From Bdellovibrionia bacterium (GTDB taxonomy: Bacteria > Bdellovibrionota > UBA1018), in contig JBBARP010000001.1 in the NCBI GenBank assembly GCA_040399745.1, positions 266,617-330,616 of the forward strand: DNA of 64,000 nt, in the 5' to 3' direction. This document shows positions 57,192-64,000 of this stretch, one piece after another. The translations under genes and the position numbers were made by a program. Below the pieces are notes generated by a model. The model saw only the letters and a list, made by a program, of their open reading frames with translations, had not been told where the DNA came from and ran no database searches. Positions within the stretch are counted from its first letter, which is position 1; every line of letters starts with the position of its first letter.

Positions 57192-58114
57192 TTGGCTTCC
57201 TCCGTGGTGAGCTGAACGAACACATCTTCCAGGCTCAATTTTTCTGCAGCGAATTCCAGAACGCCCATCCGAGCTTGAACTGCCGTCTCGACGATGCGGT
57301 CGCGGACTTCACCCGCTTCGGGCGCCACTTCGAGAAGGATTTTGGAGCCCTCAGTGCTCACAGAAGTCACGCCTGGAAGCGACTTCAGTGCTGCGATGGC
57401 GCTGGGTTCCGTTTGCCGCACTTGGAGCGTGAAGACTTGCCCCCGCTTCAGGCGGTTACTGAGTTGTTCAAAAGTGTCTTGCGCAACGATGCGGCCTTTG
57501 TTGATCACGATCACGCGCTGACAAGTCGCTGCCACTTCGGGAAGGATGTGCGTACTGAGGATGACGGTGTGTTCCCCGGCTAGGCCTTTGATGAGCTCCC
57601 GAATCTCGATGATTTGCTTGGGGTCGAGACCCACGGTGGGTTCGTCGAGAATCAGAACGGCAGGATTGTGGACCAGAGTTTGCGCAAGACCGACGCGCTG
57701 CTTGTAGCCTTTGGAAAGGTTACCGATCAGTCGGCCGGCCACGTGCCCCAGAGACGTCTTGTCGATGGCGAGTCCCACCGAAGCGCGTCGTTTTGCAGAC
57801 GGGACTTGATGGAGGCGTGCGGCGTGATCCAGGTAATCCAGCACCGTCATCTCGTTGTAGACGGGGGGAGTTTCCGGCAAATAGCCGACGTTTCGCTTCA
57901 CTTCGATGGTTTGATCAAAGACGTCAAAGCCCGCGACGGTGACCTTGCCGAGGGTTGCCGGCATGAAGCCTGTCAGGATCTTCATCGTCGTACTTTTTCC
58001 TGCGCCGTTGGGCCCCAGGAATCCGACGACTTCGCCTTTCTTCACTTCAAAGCTCAAGTCATTCACGGCCGTTCTCAGGCCGTACATCTTGGTCAGGTGG
58101 GAAACGGTGATCAT
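57188..58114 (-). CDS. ABC transporter ATP-binding protein (GldA-like)
   Basis: GPNGAGKST, LSKGYKQR, LILDEPTVGLDP, STH. Confidence 0.95.
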   Translation of the reverse strand: MITVSHLTKMYGLRTAVNDLSFEVKKGEVVGFLGPNGAGKSTTMKILTGFMPATLGKVTVAGFDVFDQTIEVKRNVGYLPETPPVYNEMTVLDYLDHAARLHQVPSAKRRASVGLAIDKTSLGHVAGRLIGNLSKGYKQRVGLAQTLVHNPAVLILDEPTVGLDPKQIIEIRELIKGLAGEHTVILSTHILPEVAATCQRVIVINKGRIVAQDTFEQLSNRLKRGQVFTLQVRQTEPSAIAALKSLPGVTSVSTEGSKILLEVAPEAGEVRDRIVETAVQARMGVLEFAAEKLSLEDVFVQLTTEEAK

Positions 58115-58137
58115 CGTTATGCCTCTTACGAGGCCGC

Positions 58138-58165
58138 ATTCTAGGAGGCTGGCGCGAATTTTCAA
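58138..58165 (-). promoter_or_regulatory. Sigma70-type promoter of Gld-like ABC operon
   Basis: Minus strand TTGAAA-N16-TAGAAT, then short leader with AAGAGG. Confidence 0.5.
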
Positions 58166-58232
58166 CCCCCATCCGAGGAAAGCGCTAAGGGGAGGGAGAA
58201 TTCGTACTAACGCATCGCGTTAGTTTCTTGGC

Positions 58233-59288
58233 TTATTTGCCGAATTTTTCGAACTGGTCGATTAAGGGCTCGAGTCGCTTGACGACCGCCTCGACGGTGC
58301 TCTTCATCGAACCGTTGACTTGAAGACCTGCCGCGAATTCATGGCCGCCACCACCTAGGTCTGCAGCCAGGCGATTCACGACGATTCTTCCCTTACTCTT
58401 CAGCGAAACACGAATCTGGCCTTCGTCTTCCTCGCGGAACAAGCACACGACTTCCGCATCTTTGAGAAGCAGAAGCAGATTGAGGAACGACAAAGTATCG
58501 TCCGCAGAGGCGAGGTATTTCTTACGCGTGTCGAGCGCCATCTCGAGCCACGCTACTTTTCCGTTCATCGTCACTTTGACGTTTTGCAGGACGTGCCCCA
58601 GCAGTTGCAGGTGAGAGACGTCTTTCGAGGAGTAGATGGCCTGATAAACTTCTTCCGCATTCACTCCGAGTTCAATCATCTCGGCGGCGATTCGGTGCGA
58701 CTGCGGCGTGGTGCGGGAGTAGCGAAAGCTATTGGTGTCGGTCATGACCGATACGTACAGACCCAGCCCGATGTCGCGATTGATCTTGCAGAGATTCAGC
58801 TCCCCGAAAATGCGGTAAAGCATTTCGCCGATCGAGCTTGAGTCCGTGTCGGAGACGACCTGGGCGTGAGGTGGATAAGTGATTTCGCTTTGACCGGTTG
58901 GCAGGGGGTGATGGTCCAGGAAAATGATCTTCTTCGTGCGAAGATTCATCTCCTGCCAGACTTTTCCTAGGCGGCGCGGATCATTGGTGTCGACGATGAT
59001 CCACAAATCACAATTGTCCCAAAGCTCGACTTGACCCGGACCCAGTAGGAACTGCGCTTTCGGATCGAGGAACCGGTAACGCTTAGGCAATTGGTCTGGG
59101 TTGTAAACCCGGCACGCTTTCTTGGCGCGCTTCAAATAGTGGTAAAGCGCGGCTTCTGCTCCGAGGCCATCACCATCGGGCAGGAGGTGTGTCGAAATCA
59201 GCACACGCTTGGCTTGTTCGAGTTGCTGACGGAGGGCGCCAAAGTCTTTTGCTTTCGCGGCGTCGGACTTCTCTCTTTTGGTGCTCAA
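58233..59288 (-). CDS. nrnA: DHH/DHHA1 phosphoesterase (bifunctional oligoribonuclease/PAP phosphatase)
   Basis: THLLPDGDGLG, VDT, LDHH, TDTNSFRY, GGGGHEFAAG. Confidence 0.9.
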   Translation of the reverse strand: MSTKREKSDAAKAKDFGALRQQLEQAKRVLISTHLLPDGDGLGAEAALYHYLKRAKKACRVYNPDQLPKRYRFLDPKAQFLLGPGQVELWDNCDLWIIVDTNDPRRLGKVWQEMNLRTKKIIFLDHHPLPTGQSEITYPPHAQVVSDTDSSSIGEMLYRIFGELNLCKINRDIGLGLYVSVMTDTNSFRYSRTTPQSHRIAAEMIELGVNAEEVYQAIYSSKDVSHLQLLGHVLQNVKVTMNGKVAWLEMALDTRKKYLASADDTLSFLNLLLLLKDAEVVCLFREEDEGQIRVSLKSKGRIVVNRLAADLGGGGHEFAAGLQVNGSMKSTVEAVVKRLEPLIDQFEKFGK

Positions 59289-59335
59289 GCTCGAATCCTT
59301 CCTGACCGAACCATGGAAAAGAGGTCATTGATCGC

Positions 59336-59701
59336 ATGAAACCGAGTCCGATGGATCCGCTGTATGTCATCTTTGAACAACATCTGTTCAACTTTCAGGA
59401 TCCGGAGATCGATCGAAAGACGCTCATCCTGAGAATCGTGACCGACTATCTCGATTATTTACGTAAGAGAAATGTTACCGTACCCCGGTCACTCGAGCAA
59501 CCGATCGTCGAAGAACTTGCCACTCAGGTCAATACGATGCTGGTGAAGAAGATCTACGGCTGTCCGAATCTTCACGAATTCCAGCGTTTGGCTCCGCCCC
59601 CCCAGAAGCGCCGTGCGCGTTCTCGGTACGGGAAGCTGGTCAGCGGGAAAGAAGCCAAGCCCGCCGGGAAGCCAGCAGCGCGGGTTCGGGAAAAAGCCTG
59701 A
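59336..59701 (+). CDS. Hypothetical small protein with basic C-terminal tail
   Basis: Fills gap between nrnA and rimK; helical core; followed by hairpin. Confidence 0.7.
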   Translation: MKPSPMDPLYVIFEQHLFNFQDPEIDRKTLILRIVTDYLDYLRKRNVTVPRSLEQPIVEELATQVNTMLVKKIYGCPNLHEFQRLAPPPQKRRARSRYGKLVSGKEAKPAGKPAARVREKA

Positions 59702-59719
59702 TTTCTTAGGCATCTCGAG

Positions 59720-59746
59720 GCGCTGACGAAAAAGCGTCAGCGCTTT
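59720..59746. terminator. Hairpin between convergent genes (possible terminator)
   Basis: GCGCTGACG-aaaaag-CGTCAGCGC perfect 9-bp stem followed by TTT; overlaps rimK stop. Confidence 0.55.
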
Positions 59747-60615
59747 GCCGCTTTCATCATGTAGCGGACGATTTGCGAAGCGATGTTGAGTCCGGTGGCG
59801 CGTTCGATGCCTTCGAATCCGGGCGAGCTGTTGACTTCGATGATGAGCGGACCCGAGTTGCTGTCCATCAGATCGACTCCGGCCACTCGCAGTCCCAGTT
59901 TTCTTGCAGCGCGGATCGCTGCGATCGAGAAGTCCTTCGGCAGCGTCACTAAACTGCCGCTGCCTCCGCGGTGAATGTTCGAACGAAAATCACCTTCCGG
60001 AGCGGTACGCCTCATGGCAGCAACCACTTTGTTTCCGATCACAAACGCGCGGTAGTCGCGCCCGGCGCCTTCGGCAATGAATTGCTGGATGATGACGTCT
60101 TGGCCGAGGCCTCGCAGCGTATCCATCACGGAGCCGAGTGAAATCGGGGAATTCACGAGCATGACGCCGACGCCTTGTGTCCCTTGTAGAACTTTCAAGA
60201 CGACCGGCAGACCGCCGACCGAGGCCACAGCGCTTCGGATTCCGCGAGGAGAGCGGGTCAGGACGGAGACCGGGACTTTGAGGCCTGCGCCCGAAAGAAT
60301 CTGCAAGCAGCGCATTTTGTCGCGCGAGTCAGCGATTGCGGCCGACGAATTCACGAGGAATGTGTCCAACGTTTCAAACTGCTTCACCACCGCCAAACCG
60401 TAGTCGGTAATCGATGCGCCGATGCGAGGCAGGACTGCATCGTAGTGAGGCAGATCGCGAGTGCCGACCAGGATCCGGTTCTTTCCCCCTTCGACCATCA
60501 AGTGACAGTCCAGAGGATTGACGACATCAAACTCGACTCCGAGGGGCCGAGCTTCTTGGAGAAGCCGGCGAACGCTGTGGAGGTTTTTGTTGCGGGAAAG
60601 GATGGCGAAACGCAT
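59737..60615 (-). CDS. rimK: RimK-family alpha-L-glutamate ligase (ATP-grasp)
   Basis: MRFAILSRN, PRIGASITDYG, SRDK, GTQGVGV, DFRSNIHRGG, EVNSSPGFEGIE. Confidence 0.95.
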   Translation of the reverse strand: MRFAILSRNKNLHSVRRLLQEARPLGVEFDVVNPLDCHLMVEGGKNRILVGTRDLPHYDAVLPRIGASITDYGLAVVKQFETLDTFLVNSSAAIADSRDKMRCLQILSGAGLKVPVSVLTRSPRGIRSAVASVGGLPVVLKVLQGTQGVGVMLVNSPISLGSVMDTLRGLGQDVIIQQFIAEGAGRDYRAFVIGNKVVAAMRRTAPEGDFRSNIHRGGSGSLVTLPKDFSIAAIRAARKLGLRVAGVDLMDSNSGPLIIEVNSSPGFEGIERATGLNIASQIVRYMMKAAKR

Positions 60616-60654
60616 TGGTAATGACCTGAGGGGGAATGTAGCATCGAGGGGACG

Positions 60655-61923
60655 ATGCGCAAACTCCTCCTGGCCGGTTCCGCGCTGCTTTGGATGCTTT
60701 CCGGGTGCTCTTCTGCGCCTCGGCCCGCTTCTACGCCAGAAGAAGCCGATTCCACAGATCTGAGCGAGGCTCAGGAGGCCACTCCCCAGGGGGGAGGCCA
60801 GACCGAGCCCATGGCCCCACCCAAAGGCGTGAAACGGCTCTGGGGTGTTCGATATCAAGGATTGATCACGGATCTGACTCCTGCCAGCCGGTCCGAGCGC
60901 ATCCTGGTCACGGTGGTTCCGGATTCTGAGCGCCCGGGCGCCGGTGAAAACCGGACTCTGCTCGTCGACGGTCGAGGTCGTACTTTGTGGTCGCGCCCCA
61001 ATTTCGCGCGAGTCCGCGCTCAGGCTTTGTCGCCAGACGGAAAGATGGCCGTCTTAGCCACCTACGACGACGAGCTTTTGGCCTTGGATTCCCGAGGAAA
61101 GCTGCTTTGGTCGCGGCCCGCACACTGTCGTCCCGTTCTCTTGTCCTCGAAATCTCCTGTGTTTTGCCATCAAGACGACTCGGTCCGGCCCGGGGTGGTT
61201 TACCAGTTGTTCTCGAACCGCTCGGGTCAGGAGATTCGGGTGTTTCCGGCCAACCGCGATCCTTTGATCGTGAAAGTGGCTGATGATTCGGGTGCCCTTT
61301 TGGTTGGGATGAGTGACGGAGAATTTTTGCTCTTGGATTCCAACTTCGAGGTGCAGCTTCAGAAGCGAGTGCCGCTCGATTGGCTGGATTTAGCGATTTC
61401 TAACGAGCTTCCCGAGGGCGGAAGAAGGATTCTGGCTCTGGGGCGCGCCAAGAAGGAAGCGGTTCGGGAGCTTCGGATCTGGGACCAGGCGGGTCGGGAG
61501 ATCGCTCAAAAAGGTTTGCCGGGATTCACCCCCGATGGCGTCGATTTTCTTGAGAAAGACTCCAGTCGAGTGGTGGTCCACGGAGTGGGTCCGCAGGGCC
61601 AAACGCTGATGGCGCTGGAGCGAGAGACGCTCAAGCGAGTCTGGAAGCGGACTTTGGGACGTGCGGGCGACGCGCTTCAGTCTTGGTCAACCGTCGGGAG
61701 TGCATGGGTGGCGGCCGCTCAAGACACTTCAGGGCAAGGTCGGGCCCATCGAATTCGCTTTCTCGGCTGGGATGCTCAGCGCGGTCGATCCTCATTCCGG
61801 TTTGAGGACGAAAACGACGAAGGCGCCTATGGACTTTGGTCCGTCTGGACCTCGGCAGGCCCCGCGCTTGCTGTCATCGGCGATTCGGGCGAACTTTCAG
61901 TGTGGGCTCCGGCTGCTCACTGA
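60655..61923 (+). CDS. Beta-propeller (PQQ-like repeat) lipoprotein
   Basis: Lipobox MLSGC; repeats VDGRGRTLWS, LSPDGK, LDSRGKLLWS. Confidence 0.7.
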   Translation: MRKLLLAGSALLWMLSGCSSAPRPASTPEEADSTDLSEAQEATPQGGGQTEPMAPPKGVKRLWGVRYQGLITDLTPASRSERILVTVVPDSERPGAGENRTLLVDGRGRTLWSRPNFARVRAQALSPDGKMAVLATYDDELLALDSRGKLLWSRPAHCRPVLLSSKSPVFCHQDDSVRPGVVYQLFSNRSGQEIRVFPANRDPLIVKVADDSGALLVGMSDGEFLLLDSNFEVQLQKRVPLDWLDLAISNELPEGGRRILALGRAKKEAVRELRIWDQAGREIAQKGLPGFTPDGVDFLEKDSSRVVVHGVGPQGQTLMALERETLKRVWKRTLGRAGDALQSWSTVGSAWVAAAQDTSGQGRAHRIRFLGWDAQRGRSSFRFEDENDEGAYGLWSVWTSAGPALAVIGDSGELSVWAPAAH

Positions 61924-61938
61924 AATGGGGTCAAAGCC

Positions 61939-62235
61939 TCAGCGGTGGAGGTGGCCCGTGACTTTTTCTTTGTGGGCGCGGAGCTGCTTCTCGAGCTTCG
62001 CAATGGCCTGATCGATCGACTTGTATAGGTCCTCGCTCCCTGCTTCAGCGAAGTAGTCCATGTGGTTTCCCACTAAGTGGACGTGAGCCACGTGCTCCCG
62101 GTTTTCGACCACGAAGTTCCAGCTGAGAGCGATTTTGCCCTGGAAATAGACCGCGAGTTTTTCACACTTCTCTTGGGTCACCGACTTGATGGCTTCGGTG
62201 GGTTCCATGTGTTTGAAGCTGAATCGAATTTCCAT
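61939..62235 (-). CDS. hpf: Ribosome hibernation factor, short form (HPF/RaiA family)
   Basis: KHMEPTEAIK, SEDLYKSIDQAIAKLEKQLRAHKEK; downstream of rpoN. Confidence 0.92.
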   Translation of the reverse strand: MEIRFSFKHMEPTEAIKSVTQEKCEKLAVYFQGKIALSWNFVVENREHVAHVHLVGNHMDYFAEAGSEDLYKSIDQAIAKLEKQLRAHKEKVTGHLHR

Positions 62236-62320
62236 AGGGCCTCCTCATGCGAATGCAGCAGATGAGCAGGGTTCCAATGACACCCTGGTCTCTCTATTTT
62301 CCGCCTGAAGGAGGAGACCT

Positions 62321-63829
62321 TCAAATCATTTTCTTGCGCTTGCCGGACGACAAAATACCCAGCATATCTCGATACTTAGCGACGGTACGACGGGCGATTT
62401 CAATGTTGTCCGTGCGAAGAATCTCAACAATCCGCTGATCGCTCAGTGGGTTCTTGGGGTCTTCTTTGGACACCATCTGGCGGATTTTTTCCTTCACCGC
62501 TTCGCTGGCCAGTGAGTCGCTTCCATCGGCAGCATTGATCGAGGAGTTGAAGAAGTACTTCAGCTCGAAGATGCCGACCGGGGTGTGCACGAACTTGTTC
62601 GTCGTGACCCGTGAAATGGTCGACTCGTGCATGCCGATGTCGCTCGCGACGTCTTTCAGGATCATGGGCTTCAGCTGTTGAACGCCCTTTTCGAAAAACT
62701 CGCGCTGCCTTCGAACGATCGCTTCGGTGACTTTGTAGATCGTCTTTTGCCGATTCGCGATCGAGCGAATCAGCCACACGGCAGCCCGAAGCTTTTCTTG
62801 AACGTATTCCTTCGTGCCTTTGTTCTGCTCTTTTTTCGCCGAAGTCAGGATCTGCTTGTAATAGGGCGAAATACGCAATTTTGGCATTCCGTCTTCGTTC
62901 AGCACGATGACAAATTCGTTGGCTATTTTGTAAACGTAGATGTCAGGCGTGATGTACTGCGTGTCGCCTGAATGGAAAATGCGGCCCGGCTTGGGCTCAA
63001 ATTCCATGATCAAACGCGTCGCTTCAATCACTTTCTCGAGCGGCATTTGAAGCGCCTTTGCGACGGCGTTGTAGTTTTTCCGCTCCAGGTCCCCGAGGTG
63101 GCCATCGATGATCTTTTCCACCAACGGTTGGCGGGGATTCATGAAAGTGGCTTGAGTCTTCAAGCACTCTTGCAGGCTTCGAGAAGCCACGCCCACCGGA
63201 TCGAAGTTCTGGACGATTTTCAGCAGCTCTTCGGCATCTTCCAGTTCCATGGCCGTTTCACGGGCCAGGTCCTCGAGCGAGGCATTGAGGTAGCCGTCGT
63301 CCGACAGGTTACCGATGATGAGTTCGCCTAAGCGCCGCTCTTGCTGAGTCAGTCCGGTCGCCATGGAGAGCTGCCAAGTCAGGTGCTCTTCCAGGGAGGT
63401 GGTCTTGGTCAGCACGTTTTCGAAAGAGGGGAGTTCCTCGCTCACTTCGCGCATCGAGGGAGCCGAGCTCGAGTTGGAGTTGAACTCCTCGATGTAGGCG
63501 TCCCAGTTGAAATCGTCTTTACCGCTGACGAGCTGCTCTTCTTGCTGCTGGGATTGAGGCTTCGTGAAGGATTCTTCGTCCCGGCGCTGTTCGGCTTCCG
63601 GGTCCATGGGGCCTTCTGCCGATGCGGCTTCCCCTTCAGCCGACTGGGGAGTTTCCCCGTCTGGAGTTTCGGCGAGCTCTTCCAGGATGGGGTTCTCCAT
63701 CAGCTCCTGGTTGACCACTTCGGCCAGCTCCATGCGGTTCATTTGAAGCAACTTGATGGCCTGTTGCAGCTGGGGTGTCATCACCAGCTGCTGGCCGAGT
63801 CTCATCGATAATCCGAGGTTTTGTGCCAT
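62321..63829 (-). CDS. rpoN: RNA polymerase sigma-54 factor
   Basis: MTPQLQQAIKLLQ, HESTISRVT, RpoN box ARRTVAKYR. Confidence 0.99.
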   Translation of the reverse strand: MAQNLGLSMRLGQQLVMTPQLQQAIKLLQMNRMELAEVVNQELMENPILEELAETPDGETPQSAEGEAASAEGPMDPEAEQRRDEESFTKPQSQQQEEQLVSGKDDFNWDAYIEEFNSNSSSAPSMREVSEELPSFENVLTKTTSLEEHLTWQLSMATGLTQQERRLGELIIGNLSDDGYLNASLEDLARETAMELEDAEELLKIVQNFDPVGVASRSLQECLKTQATFMNPRQPLVEKIIDGHLGDLERKNYNAVAKALQMPLEKVIEATRLIMEFEPKPGRIFHSGDTQYITPDIYVYKIANEFVIVLNEDGMPKLRISPYYKQILTSAKKEQNKGTKEYVQEKLRAAVWLIRSIANRQKTIYKVTEAIVRRQREFFEKGVQQLKPMILKDVASDIGMHESTISRVTTNKFVHTPVGIFELKYFFNSSINAADGSDSLASEAVKEKIRQMVSKEDPKNPLSDQRIVEILRTDNIEIARRTVAKYRDMLGILSSGKRKKMI

Positions 63830-63838
63830 GGAGTTTTG

Positions 63839-64000
63839 TCAGAGCTCGAAGTTTTCGCCCAAATACGCCGCCCGTGCAGTTTTGCTTGCCGCAATCTGCT
63901 CGGGAGTCCCCTTTTCCAAGATCTTACCACCGCTCAGGATATATCCCAAATCGCAAATCTCCAGTGTTTCTCGAACGTTGTGGTCGGTGATCAGGACGCC
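63839..64000 (-). CDS. lptB: LPS export ABC ATPase, C-terminal part (truncated by window; absent from ORF track)
   Basis: Manual translation GVLITDHNVRETLEICDLGYILSGGKILEKGTPEQIAASKTARAAYLGENFEL*; upstream of rpoN. Confidence 0.95.
   Translation of the reverse strand, partial: GVLITDHNVRETLEICDLGYILSGGKILEKGTPEQIAASKTARAAYLGENFEL

Noticed and set aside
54898..58114. Bacteroidetes-type gliding machinery
   Set aside because: GldAFG-like ABC sets occur in many non-gliding taxa; no gldJ-N or spr genes here
1..64000. Mobile elements, prophage, defence systems, rRNA/tRNA
   Set aside because: No transposase, integrase, phage, RM, TA or cas motifs recognised; intergenic gaps too short for rRNA and no tRNA pattern seen

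Overview
Gene-dense, moderately GC-rich bacterial chromosome segment with about 60 CDS. I found no rRNA, tRNA, CRISPR array or mobile element. Gene content and order (accC-TPR-tamB-tamA/bamA, kdsB-pyrG-kdsA-kdsC, lptB-rpoN-hpf, many secreted hypotheticals) suggest Bdellovibrionota or a related deltaproteobacterial-type lineage (inference). Housekeeping genes: accC, rplM-rpsI, speB, ald, mrcB, an isc operon lacking iscX, tdk, hpt, nrnA, rimK, rpoN. Most notable: (1) a divergent bactofilin / FrzS-AglZ-like pseudo-receiver / diguanylate cyclase cluster with overlapping sigma70- and sigma28-like promoters; (2) a five-gene overlapping operon with a secreted clan-CD (caspase/CHAT-like) protease candidate, an orphan OppA and a split MaoC pair; (3) a coupled tdk-hpt-GHMP kinase-DUF429 unit behind a Gld-like ABC/Yip1/mini-M13 operon; (4) repeated -35/-10 promoters 6-10 nt from ATG, suggesting widespread leaderless mRNAs; (5) a sigma54 promoter for an SPW gene divergent from a CHASE2 kinase/bEBP pair; (6) two IscR-type boxes; (7) a 15-bp tandem repeat reiterating the fliL stop codon in frame. 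All calls come from motif recognition by eye; no database searches were run.
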